A stretch of DNA of 64,000 nt from Octopus vulgaris. Taxonomy: Eukaryota. Under the pieces are notes generated by a model, which had not been told where the DNA came from, did no database searches, and was given only the letters and a program-made list of their open reading frames with translations. The DNA is taken from positions 88,598,001 through 88,662,000 of the forward strand of contig OX597823.1 of the NCBI GenBank assembly GCA_951406725.2, read 5' to 3'. Position numbers and translations under genes: made by a program. Of the stretch, positions 14,271 through 27,850 are shown in pieces (the stretch's first letter is position 1; the number at the start of each line of letters is the position of its first letter).

Positions 14271-15420
14271 TATATAGATATACCTAGATACAAACGAATC
14301 TGGTTCTACCTATTTGATTGTTCACCTGTATCTATGCTAACTAGACATTCAAAATCCCCCTTCCCCACCCGCCGCCGTCTATTTCCGTATGTTTTGGCCT
14401 ATATTCTTATTCCTACCGATTCGTTATATATGTGCGGCTACGCTTGAGAAAAGAATTCGTTTACCTTATTCCTAGAATAATGCTTTAAGACTGAAAACGG
14501 TAAATTTGTAGAACTACGGCAGTAAATATTATACGGCACCGTCAAAACCACATGCACCGGACTGATTGAGACACGTTACACACAAACACGAAGGCACATA
14601 CATACATACACATTCAAAGACATATATACAGACACTCTCAAATACAGACATGTACACACAACCATGTGAGTGTTTGTGCGTGTGTATGTGTGGCGGTGGA
14701 CAGGAAAACGAGAGAACGTGTATGAAAATGTATGAGAAAGCTAGGATGTGTTTGTGTGTTTGCGCATGCTTCTTTAAAGTGTCCCTGCATGTGTTGTATG
14801 TGTCATCTTCTTAATTTTTCTTTCTCTGTCAGCTCTGATGGAGCTGATAAATGATCAAAAACCGTTCCGCTTTTCCGCTTTTAACCATCCATCACGTATT
14901 TTTTTTGTGTGATCACAAACTACTGCTTCTAACGTTACGTTCGGATTTCATTTGTTTATTGTTTTAAGAGAATCTTTGTGGTGTGAGAGCGGTTTCTGTT
15001 GGTATTTCTAACTTGTGAGATCGATCGTGTAGAAGCTTCTCTCAACGGTTAATGATGCGTTGTATGTTTCAGACTAGCACATGTATATATCTGTGTGTCT
15101 GTGTGTGTGTGAACGAAGCATATAGATATGTACGTGTGCGTGTGTCTCTAGCTCACACACATATATTAATACATACATACATACATACATATATAAGTAT
15201 GTATATAGTATATGTGAGTATGTATTATGCATATCATATATAGAGAGGGAGGGGCGAGAGAGTTAGAAAGAAAAATAGATAGATAGATGGATAGATAGAT
15301 AGGTAGATAGATAGATAGAGAGGTAGATAGATTTGTGTGTGTGTGTTTATATATATATATATACATATACACATATATACAAATATATCTATCTAATGCT
15401 CTCTCTCTCTCTCTTTCTCT

Positions 15421-15455
<35 letters not shown>

Positions 15456-15465
15456 ATACATAATA

Positions 15466-15744
15466 TGTGACAGAACACACTTGACACGGGCTGTCTTGAA
15501 GCAAACAACACGTTTACGTACACACAAACATAATCTCTGGCACTCATATTCTGTCACCTTCTCTCTATCTCTCTCTGTTTTCTGTGAGTGCATATGTGTA
15601 CATACATACATATACACACGCAAAGAGAGAGAAAGAGAGAGAGAGAGAGGCAGAAAAAATATGAGTGCAAGAGATTGTCTTTGTGCGTACGTAAACGTGT
15701 TGTTTGCTTCAAGACAGCCCGTGTCAAGTGTGTTCCGTGTCACA
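15466..15744. repeat. Long inverted repeat (~90-bp arms), MITE-like or foldback
   Basis: GAACACACTTGACACGGGCTGTCTTGAAGCAAACAACACGTTTACGTAC (from 15472) is the exact reverse complement of GTACGTAAACGTGTTGTTTGCTTCAAGACAGCCCGTGTCAAGTGTGTTC (to 15735); pairing continues through GCACTCATATT/AATATGAGTGC and the inner (TC)n/(GA)n. Confidence 0.9.
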
Positions 15745-16239
15745 TACATTACATACACACTACATGTCATCTGTTGTCAACACGTTTCAAAGAAAGAATC
15801 GGCCCCTGTCTTAAAACTCCTGACTTTGCCGTCATGATACATCGCAAAATATGACAATATCAATTTTCGGTACTGTTCTGTCGCGTTCAATTAAGATCCA
15901 CATTTATCTTTTGGTGTTTTTCACTGCTTTCGTGCTCTGCAAAAGGGCACGCCCTTGCGATTTACTTTTTTAGGGTTTTCAAGGATTATGGGATATATGG
16001 GATAAACATAGGGAGTTGTTCTCAAACAGGAGACGGACGTGGATCACTACTCGTAAAAAAATGCGCTCCGCTATAAACGAAGAAGGTGGAGTTGTTAAGC
16101 AGGGCGGAGTGTTAGATCGTGCCCCGTTTAATACAACCAGAGAGTGTATGTGTGTGTGTGTGTAGATACAAAACAGATAGATAGACGGACGGACACTCAG
16201 ATAAAGAGACAGATAGCCAGACAGATAGATACATTGTCA

Positions 16240-16240
16240 T

Positions 16241-16305
<65 letters not shown>

Positions 16306-16312
16306 AAGAGGC

Positions 16313-16367
<55 letters not shown>

Positions 16368-16408
16368 AAGAGGCAGATAGATAGATAGATAGATAGATAG
16401 AAAGAGGC

Positions 16409-16483
<75 letters not shown>

Positions 16484-16569
16484 GATAGAGAGAGGCAGAT
16501 AGATAGATAGATAGATGGATGGATGGATGGATGGATGGATGGATGGATGGATGGATGGATGGATGGATG

Positions 16570-16625
<56 letters not shown>
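16240..16625. repeat. (GATA)n/(GGAT)n array with recurring GAAAGAGGCA interruptions
   Basis: Read directly from sequence. Confidence 0.95.
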
Positions 16626-16626
<1 letters not shown>

Positions 16627-16653
16627 GTGAGTAAATTCAGATACACACAAAAA

Positions 16654-16684
<31 letters not shown>

Positions 16685-17319
16685 ATAAGCATGCGTGTGA
16701 CAGTATTGATTTTATTTTCATTTCCATTTTTCTGTTTTCATTTCATCTAGCAAAGTGTAGCCATATGCTGGGTCGGTTCTGTCCTCTTAACCCACAGAAA
16801 GTTAAGAAAAACGTTAACCGGCGAAAAGAAGACGAGAAAACAATAGAGGAGAGCAACAATATAGATAAAAACAATAAGAACAACAACGACAACAATAGCG
16901 TTCCCGCTGATGACGACAACCCTGAAAACCTACAGCAACAAGAAGCTAACAGGCCACCAACCTATAGAGAATCAACGAGCCAAACGTGGCAAAAATCTAC
17001 GTGGTCGTTCGATCCGCTAGAAATAGCAGCGAAATGTTTGTCGAATTGCACCGTACCTAAGTGTGAAGCGAGATATATTTTTGCCGTGATGATCGGCGCT
17101 GGATGTGATTTAGTTTACAAATATGCTTTATCGATACTGACCAAGGATGCTGACAATAAGAACTGCCGCGAGGCCGCGCATGTGTGGACGGGTGCATGTA
17201 TGTATGCGTGCGTATATATGTGTGTGTGTTTGTGTGTGTATATGTGTGTCCGTGTCCGTACGTAGCCGTTGGTCGTTGACCTGTAGGAAGATGCCTCGTG
17301 CAACATACTGCCACATGTA

Positions 17320-17663
17320 TTAATGATAATATTAATAATAACGATTATGATGATAATAATGATGATGATGATGATGATGATGACCATGATGATGGTGGTT
17401 GGAGGGGGAGGGGTCGGTTGTGGTAGTGATGATGATGATGACGACGACGACAACGGTCATGATGACGACGATGGTGATGATGACGATGATGATGATGACG
17501 TTGACCTCGACGATGACGACAATGGTGAGGACGAAGATAACGATGATGATGTGATGGTTGTAATAATGACGATGATTATGATGATGATGAGGATGAATGA
17601 TGGTGAGGAAGATGTTGACGATGGCGATAATGATTTCTTTTATTGATAATGATTTATTTAATT

Positions 17664-17713
<50 letters not shown>
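17320..17713. repeat. Degenerate (GAT/GAC)n tract followed by (AAT)n
   Basis: Read directly; it produces the poly-Met/poly-Asp pseudo-ORF 17323-17646. Confidence 0.9.
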
Positions 17714-17714
<1 letters not shown>

Positions 17715-18685
17715 TTCTCTTGTTTTTTAAATAAATTCATTAAAAACATGTTTTGAAGTGTTTGATCAAAGCTCCTTTCAGTCAGGGTTGCCTTGGAGAT
17801 AAATAACTACAGAAACAACAACATCAACATGAACAACAACAACTAAACACGTACAGTAGTGGAGCCCGTTGTCTACATGAAATAGCAGTTAAATCATCTT
17901 TAATTCAAATTTTATTGTTTTGTATTTTTACAAGGACACATTCTATAATGTACAGAAAAAAAGGGGGACTTTAAAAGATGTAATGGTCACTTTTGGAACG
18001 CCTTCCATCGTATGTTTGCTAAACCGCTACTTAGCCGGGTCGGACGAAATCACTAACTAATGAACCAAACACTCAACTAGTCCGCAAGTGAGCCTGTATG
18101 AGGTCACACGATATGCTTGAAATTACAACCAAACCTGTCTCAAATCACATACAAACGTCTCCAGTTCACTTAGGTTATATAGAAGCTGGTTCACTTAAAC
18201 ACGTTAAGCTTCACTACAGTTGGTCACAGTTGGAACGTAATTTGCCCATAAAGATCTGTTGATTAGTGCTTGACCGGTGGCTGGCCAGTAATGAAAGTAA
18301 CGAATCAACGACAGTTTAATCAACAACAACACGGCGAAAACAACAATACAAAAACATAAAATGTTACAATTCAAGAAATTATTTTTAAAAAGGTGTTTAA
18401 ATATTTATAAAATAAAGAGATTTAATAAAGTATGTCTAATGAAAGTGTTATGTGTACACATATGTGTGTATGAATGTATGTATATATATATATGTGTGTG
18501 TGTGTGTGTGAGTGTAGATATATATATGTATATATATATGCACACACACGTATACAAATATGTAGGCATATATATATCTACACACACACATATATATAAA
18601 TATTTATATATACACATCTAAGTGTATGTGCGTACGTATATGTATATATATATGTTTTGGTTCTTATTCATTTACGTGTGTGTAC

Positions 18686-18717
<32 letters not shown>

Positions 18718-19477
18718 ATGTGTGTGTGTGTGTGTACGTTTGCACATCTGTGTATATTTAAGCGCAATTGAATATATATCTAAGTATAGCTTTTGTGCAT
18801 ATATGCATGTGTGTGTATGTGTGTGTGTGTGTGTGTCTAAGAAGGCATTCGTGCAGCATGTATGTGTGTATATAAATTTTGCCGGTTTGTATCTATACAT
18901 ATAGGCTTAACTGTTCCTGTGAATGGATTGAATGGATATACGTTCATGTGTGCGTATATATTTGGCATGCAGGTGGATTTTATCTCAGGATTTATGCATA
19001 CGTATGTATGTATATATGTATGTGTGTGTGTTTATTTGTGAGTCCATATATGTGTAAGAATACATGCGAGTCTGTGATCGAATGCATGCATGCATCTATA
19101 TATGTGTGCCGGTTCCAATAAGTATACGTCAGCGTCTATGTAAATGTATGAATGCACACGTTGTAGATATGCAGGTGCGTATATTTTGTAATAATATATA
19201 CGTGTTTATTTACCTGTGTGTGTGTGTGTGCGTGTATGTATAATTGTATCTACATAAAGCTTGTAAGTATCCACGTATTTCTTGGTGATTTCCGCGGAAT
19301 TCTTGCCGGTCAAGATTCATGTATATATACATACATATACTTCGTTATCTATGCACGTATGCCTGCTGCTCCTATGTATATATGAATTTATGTATGATCA
19401 TGTGATACATACATACATACATATATATGTATATATGTATATATATATAGATACATATATATGTATAAATGTGTATG

Positions 19478-19532
<55 letters not shown>

Positions 19533-20289
19533 GTATGTTTATATGCATGTTTGTATATATATATATGTATGTGCATGCATGCATATATTTATATTGTTTT
19601 ATCCGTTTACTTATTTCAGTCATTTGACTGCGGCCATGCTGAAGCACCGCCTTTATATATGTGTGTGTATACATAAGTACATATTTATATGTCTGTACAC
19701 TCATACACACACACACATATATATGTATATATATATATATATGACATACATATACATGCACACATGAATGGTTTAATTATCTGTTTATGAGTATATATGT
19801 ATGTCTATATAATTGTTATCTAATAATTTTTATCAATTATTTTATTTCTAGTAAGATGGTGGTGGCCTAAGATAGACAAAATTCTCCATTCCTTGGATTT
19901 GGAAAACAAGCTGAGTGAAGAATGATATTTATAACTTTAAAAAACTCTTGTATATTTTTAATGTTCTTCTTACAGATAATACTTCTAATCGGACCGGGCA
20001 GGTCTCACTGTATGAATGTATGTATGTATGTTTTTATGTATGTATGCATGTATCTATGAGCGTAAGTATATATGTATGTGTGTATGTATGCATGCGTGTA
20101 TGTATGTATCTCTGTACGTTTAAGTATATATACATGCATGTATATATGCACATGTGTATGTACGTATGCATGCATGCATGCTTTTTCAGTGCAAGCTTGT
20201 ATGCACATGTGTATGTATGTGAATGTATGACCGTGTATATCAATATATGTGTATATATATATATACGTGCACAGACACATATGTATATA

Positions 20290-20325
<36 letters not shown>

Positions 20326-20747
20326 AATTTTTTTGTCAATGACACCCTCTGTGTATGCATGTATGTGGACAGTAATTCACATACATGCATATATATAGAT
20401 ATAGATACATCGATATATATATGTACACACACACATGTATGCGTATGTGTGTGTGTTTGAATGCGTATCGATGTATGTGTGCGCGCGCGCGTTTCTATAT
20501 ATTGGTGTCTGTATACTTGTGGTCACAAGTATCCGTATATATGTTTGTATATACTGACACGTGTGTTTGCGTTTGTGATTTTGTGTGTGTGTATATATGT
20601 GTATGTGCATGTGCATGTATATTTGTGTGTACCTATGAGTGCACACGTATGTGTTTATGTGCATGCCGGTATATATGTACATGTGTGTGTGTGTATGTGC
20701 TTGTTTGTGTGCAAGTATGTGTGTGTCTGTGCATACATAATCCGTAC

Positions 20748-20876
20748 CTTTTTTGCAGCGGCTCGTGCGAGTTTTGTTGAGGGCGAAACCCTGGTGGATT
20801 TTCCACTCGACCGTCTCGACAATGATACTTGGTCTGGCGAAGACATGTACGGTTTCATAGCTGCTACTTCCTCCAT
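20748..20876 (-). CDS. Candidate first coding exon (MEEVAAMKPYMSSPDQVSLSRRSSGKSTRVSPSTKLARAAAKK), product unknown
   Basis: Unique GC-richer island amid microsatellites; GCAATGG start context; 43 codons ending at AAG|GTACGG (phase 0). A plus-strand reading (TTTTTTGCAG acceptor at 20758, open frame) also fits, so strand is uncertain. Confidence 0.3.
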
Positions 20877-21607
20877 TGCGGTAGAATTCCGGCAAAATGG
20901 TTCGGATAAATTTTTTGTTTATTTTTTATTAAATTTTTTTTTTTTAGTTTACACTGGTCTTAAGTGTATATAATAATAATAATGCAACAATGTCATATAT
21001 GGACATGTATGACGTCTCTCTCCCTAACTCCCTTTCTTCCCGGCTAGGGTGGTTTTCAGCTAATCTCTCTAAAGGCTCGCATCGGCTTTTAGTAGTACAT
21101 CCGTTAGCTCACTCACTCACTCACTCACTCACTGATTGCTCCTTCTCTCACTCTCTCTCTTTTTCCCCTCTTCTCTCTCTCTCTCTCTTCCTCTTTTTCT
21201 CTTTCACTCTGTATTTTCCTATTTCTTTCTCTATTGTCATTTGGTCTTTCGCTCTTATCACTTATCTCTCTTTTCACTATTTCTCACTCTCTCTTTCTAT
21301 CTCTCAATCGCTCTCGCTTTATAAATACATTTCCCTCTCTCTCTCTCTCTCTCTCTCCGTTTCATTCCTAGCCTCTCACCATGTCTCTTACTTTTTTATA
21401 TATTTGCGGGGTAACACCTCTTTATTTACAATCAGTGTATGATGAAATGATTGTAAAAGTAAGTATTCGATAGACGTATGTGCATCGATGTATGCGGCTT
21501 TTTCCTCTGTTTTATTCGTGCATATGTATTTTGCATAGAGGTATGTGTATATATCTAAGTACACACACACACATATATGTGTGTGTGTGTGTATGTATGT
21601 GTGTGTG

Positions 21608-21658
<51 letters not shown>

Positions 21659-21742
21659 ATATGTTGTTTACGTCATAGGAATTTGGAAACTTCGAGAGAC
21701 GTGAAATAAATCGTTGATAACACTGTGACTGCAAGTAGACAA

Positions 21743-21804
<62 letters not shown>

Positions 21805-21910
21805 AAAAAACGTTTGAATTTTGGATTCAACTATTCCATATGATGGGGATTTTTAGTTCAATAATATTTAAACGCTAATATGCATAGACTTATATAGATA
21901 CATGTATACA

Positions 21911-21955
<45 letters not shown>

Positions 21956-22058
21956 CAGTATTTTATTTTATACAGGTAAGTAGATAGATAGATAGATATA
22001 AGGATAGATAGATAGATACAAGGATAGATAGAAGGATAGACACAAGGATAGATAGAAG

Positions 22059-22113
<55 letters not shown>

Positions 22114-23513
22114 CAATTAAAAACATATGTATGCAGAAGTTTGATCTGAAGTGTATCACATATGTGTGAGTGACTGTATGAGAGAATGAGAGAGAGTGAG
22201 AAAGGGAAAGTGAAAGTGGAAAAAAGAAAGAATGCACCTGTGCCTGTATGTGCACGTGTGTGATTGTATGCGTGTGTGCCTGTGTAACTAAGTATACAGT
22301 TTTGTTATTTCCGTTGTTGTTGTTGTTGTTATCGGTGGTGGTGGTCGTGGTAGAGGTGGTGTGATCGTCGTCATCCTTGTAGTTGTTAATATTGTTTTTA
22401 TCGTTTAGACCCTCTTTCATTCCTGTTTGAGTGGGCCTTCGATCAATAGCATTCCAGCCATGACCATCCCATTTATTTATTAATTTGTTGTTCTGCATTC
22501 TCCAATGCGATATTTATCATTCTGTAAGGCAGTATAGTACAACTCTGGAAAGATTTGGTTGCTATTTCTAGCAATTTGTGCTACCACGTACAGCCTTGCA
22601 TATAAAAATGTGCGTATGTGTGTAATGTGTGCAGTGTGCATGTATGCGTCGTTTATTGAAGTGCAGATGTGTGTCAAGAGCCGTTAATGATTGCGAATGC
22701 CGGGCAGCACGGCGGTCTATCTATCGGTCTATCTATCGGTCAGTCTATCTCTCTTTTATACGCGACTAATTGGTAGTCTTTTGGTCTCTAACTCTATGTA
22801 CCTGCCTATCTCTACATGTATCTATCTATCTATCTATCTATCTATCTAATAAACAGTTTCTCTATCAATTCATCCATCCACCTCTCCCTGTATCTGTCCA
22901 TCCATCTATCTATCTGTCTGTATGTCTGTCTCTACATCTCTCTCTCTCTCTCTCTCTCTATGTAGCTGTTTATCTTTCCATTTATCTATATGTCTACCTA
23001 TCTATCCATTTATCCATCTACCTATCTGATAACCCATGTCTGTATGTAGCTGTTTATTTATCTGTGTATCCATCCCTCTATCTATCTACCTATCTGTCTG
23101 TCTGCCTGTCTTTCTGTCTATTTTCAGTATAACCTTTTGCAGAACTGCACAGTCAACAAAATAAAAAAAGAAAAAAGAAATGAAGAGAAAAAGAAAAAAG
23201 CCGGTTTATTTACAACGCTTTCAAAAACAAAATTAAAAACAAACGGAGAGAAATCGAAACCCGTACGACCTCTCTGTTTGATTGCCAACCAACCAGTTTA
23301 TGTATCTAACATTGTGCAAACTATGAAGTCCTTCCTGATTAAAGCAAAATACACCCGATTTTTATTGTAATTGGTTTTTCAAGTTTAATGGATTCACACA
23401 AATGTAAAAACTATCTTATTTGAATCCTGCGTCCTTTTTTCCCAAAAAGAAAATTAAAATACATGTTGATTAATATCAGTAACGCACAGCCACACGTGTG
23501 TGTGTGTCTGCAT

Positions 23514-23614
<101 letters not shown>

Positions 23615-24231
23615 ACGGACACACATACACACAGAAAAAATACAATGGATTTTTTTTTTCTTTTTTCAATTATACGAATATTTTTGTAAATCGTTCGTCT
23701 CTGCTCATTAATTTATTTATATATATATATTAATTAGTTTCGTTGCCTTCTAATGATTGAAGTCGTTTTGTTGGTGACTGTCCTGTTCTAATTCCACGTC
23801 AGTCACAGTCGCGTAGGCACATCATGGGAGAAAAAAAAATCGTTCCTGTAAACATTCTTTCATTTTCTTTCCCTTCTTAGACTACATTCTCCAATTTGCG
23901 GCGATTTTTTTTTTCTCCTTAATGCTGTCGTGTAATTTTACCTGGCTGCTGTTTCAAGCAGGTCGTGTGGTCATATACAGGCTCTCCACATTGTGTCACT
24001 GTAGAGAAATAATAGAATTCATGTGTTTGTTGTTTGAGTGCTTGAGAACCACGAGAGAGCAACGTACACAATGAAAAAATAACGATAGTCTTATGGCAAC
24101 ATAAGGCACTCACAGAGGGATGCGTGTGCATGTGTGTGTGTGTATGTATATATACATGTATATATATATATATATATGTATGTGTGTATGTATACATATA
24201 TATATATATATATATAATTTTACTCACACAG

Positions 24232-24262
<31 letters not shown>

Positions 24263-24294
24263 ATTTTACCCTCACACGCACGCACGCACACACA

Positions 24295-24385
<91 letters not shown>

Positions 24386-25109
24386 GAGTCTCGAGTGAAT
24401 GGAGTTACAGGGATTGATTGACAGAAGAATGCAGAGGAATATAGAATATGAGAGATAATAGGAACTTTGAGACAGAGAAAAGACAAGCGATAGAAAGACA
24501 TACATAGACAGGCAAGCACATAGACAATTTGATAGACAAACAGAGACTGAGGGAGACGAAATCAACAGGAGAAATGAATGGCGAAAGTGAAAGTAAACGA
24601 GAAAGAAGGAAAGATAGAGATACTAGGGGAGGGAAATAAACGAAGAGAACGTAGGCATTAAAAGGTGAGAAAAAGAAAGTGAAGAGAGTGACTGATGAAA
24701 GAGAGAGAGAGTCTGGGGAGAGAAAGTGATGTATAGTATATAAATAGTGAAAGAGGGACTGAGAGAGAGAGAGAGACAGGCGTCTTTTGTGTAATTCTTG
24801 GTTTTAATAAACAGAGAATATCGAGTTTTAAATATGAGAAGGGAGAAATTGATAGATATTTGAGAAGAGATGGCGGCAAGAAAGAGTCAAAACACAAGGA
24901 AAAGAACAAAGCGATGAAAATCCCCCTCCCTCACGTTTACTTGTCTTTCACTCCTCGGTACTATCGCCACCCCACCCTACCCCTTACTTTTACTACTGCC
25001 ATGTTTATAATCTCCTACCAAAATCTTGATATCGTTTCGCGTCCTTGTTGACAGAGAAATACACGCAGTACACACCGAAGCGACACACCCACACATACAT
25101 AGTATTTAC

Positions 25110-25171
<62 letters not shown>

Positions 25172-25605
25172 ATATACATATATGTATGTATGTATATATA
25201 CATATATGTATGTATGTATATATACATGTATATATGTATATGTATATATGTATGTATGTATATATACATATATGTATGTATGTATATATGCATATGTGTA
25301 TGTATATATACATATGTGTATGTATGTATATATACATATATATATGTATATATATATGTATGTATATATACATATATATATGTATATATATATGTATGTA
25401 TACATATATATATATGTATGTATATATACATATATATATATGTATATAAACATATATATATATATATGTATATATGTTTGTATATATACATATATATGTA
25501 TATATATATGTATATATTTATGTATATATATACACACATATATACAAATCCATACAAATATATATTATATATATATACATATATATATGTATGTATGTAT
25601 GTATA
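25110..25605. repeat. Long degenerate (TA)/(TATG) microsatellite
   Basis: Read directly from sequence. Confidence 0.95.
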
Positions 25606-27239
25606 AACTGCTTTACGGACGGACAGTGTCAGACAAACTCTCACACATACACACACTCACTAATACGCACACACTTGTATACACCATCGTACATCTCATT
25701 CTGACGCACGCGCGTCTACAAAACAGATGTCAACACAAAACACGAAAATATTTCAAAGAAGCAACGCTGTATTTTCCCCCTCTCTCTCTCCCTCTCTATC
25801 TATCTATCTTATGGTATCCTGTCCCTCCATCACTGCTTCGACCATTCCCTTCTCAATGGAATACAGTACTTCCTTTACTTCAATAAACTATATCATTTCT
25901 AACTTGTATTTATTTTCTTCTATTTCACTTTTACTTTCGTTTTTTACGTATCTAATTTTCTTCAGTTTACATTCACTTTCCTTCCCACATGTCATTTAAC
26001 GTTTTCATATCTATCGTTTCTTCCGCTTGTTTTGTTTTCTTTTTTACCTTTCTCGGTCGTTCTTTCCCGCGTGTTACTTCTTTCAATTTTAATTTCACTC
26101 TCATTTTCGTTCGCATTAACCTCATCTCTTCTTTCACTTCGCGTTTTAACATTCTCGTTCATGCATTTATTTCATTTATGCTTTTATTCTTAGATTTTCG
26201 TTCACTCATATTTCACTTCTCTCTCCTAATCGTTCACACCCCCTTCTGCACACGTCACTCTCACATCCTTTTTATTTCTTGTCACTTTTTCTTTTCACTT
26301 TCAAGCTTTTCATATTTCTCCTTTTAAATTTCTTTCTCTAATGTTCCGGACATAGAACCGGGAAATGAGTCTAAAACAAACAAGATTTAACGCTAATGGC
26401 GGTGTCCCAGAATAGTTCCAACTTCTGGTTGAAACCAACAGAATATAAAAGAATAAAATATTTTTCTTTCACTTTCTCATTTTGACGTATAACTCTTTTT
26501 TATCCATTGTTTTTTTTTTTAATACAAGTTCTTTTAATACAAGTTCTTTCGTTCCCACCCATATAAATGTATTGATTCCTTTATTTTATTTACCTTCATT
26601 TTATATATATCATAATTTCTTGCGCTTTTCTCATTGCATTTCTTCATATCTGTCATTTTTGCATCCGGTTTTATTTTCACCAGAGTTTTTACGTTATTTA
26701 TTCTCTTACATTAATATTTCTATATACTATTGTCCTCACAAATCTCTTGCTTGTACGCACCTATCTATCTCCAACTGCTTCATATTCACTTTAAAAATAT
26801 TCTCACATCTTCAATCCTTTTCTTATATTAGCAAAAAAACATGTATTTACGATAACACTCCTGCAGTATACTCACGTGGATTTACACATCAACACTTATA
26901 GAAAGTAACACGATTCTTCTTATAGAATAATATATCGCCCCACAAATATCTTTCAAATATTCTGATCAAACAACTAATTAGAACAAACACAGGATTATAC
27001 ACACAAACTCATACACCACAATTAATACAGATACATGCGTATACACACAAATACACAGACGCACACATTTACATCTAAGTATCCGTATATGTATACACAC
27101 ACGTACACACATATATAAATACATATATGACAGACAAAGAGTAACATATTGCACAGAAGGACGACAAAATCACAAACAACACGCAAGACGCTGACATGAT
27201 CATCCTTCATCGGTTATCGAACCAAAATCAATACAATCT

Positions 27240-27303
<64 letters not shown>

Positions 27304-27305
<2 letters not shown>

Positions 27306-27546
27306 GCGCCCTTTTAAAGCCTAGTCAGGCTCATGGGCCTGGTTTCTATGTCGTATGTGTTCCCCAGCTGGACGGGACGCCAGTCCATCGCAGCGTTACT
27401 CATTTTTGCCAGCTGAGTGGACTCGAACAACGTGAAATGAAGTGTTTTTGCTCAAGAACACAACGCGTCGCCCGGTCCAGGAATCGAAAACACAATCTTA
27501 CGATCATGATGTTGACAATCTAACCACTAAGCCACGCACCTCCACC
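27304..27546 (-). mobile_element. tRNA-derived SINE, family C, near full length
   Basis: Minus strand: A box TGGCTTAGTGG, B-box-like GTTTTCGATTCC, CORE-like TGTGTTCTTGAGCAAAAACACTT, central GCGATGGACTGGCGTCCCGTCCAG; inserted in a (TA)n tract. Confidence 0.85.
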
Positions 27547-27592
27547 TATATATATGTGTGTGTGTGTGCATATCCATACCTATATATCTAGC

Positions 27593-27665
<73 letters not shown>

Positions 27666-27667
<2 letters not shown>

Positions 27668-27850
27668 TTAATCCAAACAAGAAAGCACACAAAAAAAACA
27701 CAACAACGCGAGGACGTGGAACAAATATAGTATTATTGGACGCTCAGGAAAGGAGGGTTTAACGTTTCGACCGGAACTCTTCGTCGGAAACATAGGAGAA
27801 GGAAAGATCCAGAGAATGGAAGACAGAGAAGGAGAGAGGGAGAGAAAGAA
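27666..27850 (-). mobile_element. Short repeat with minimal hammerhead-like motif, copy 2
   Basis: Homologous to 5213-5415, with the same left boundary next to (TA)n. Confidence 0.75.
27757..27791 (-). ncRNA. Minimal type I hammerhead-like motif, U4C core variant
   Basis: Minus strand: GUUU CCGACGA A GAGU-UCC-GGUC GAAA CG UU AAAC. Helix I GUUU/AAAC is perfect; helix II has a G-G mismatch. Confidence 0.5.

Noticed and set aside
16627-17265. 212-aa ORF with an acceptor-like site at 16750
   Set aside because: Built from microsatellite ends, an AAC-rich low-complexity stretch and a fragment of the GCTAGAAATAGCAGC repeat; no recognisable domain.
17323-17646. Poly-Asp/poly-Met ORF resembling an acidic biomineral protein
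   Set aside because: Degenerate (GAT)n microsatellite continuous with (AAT)n; no splice or signal-peptide support.
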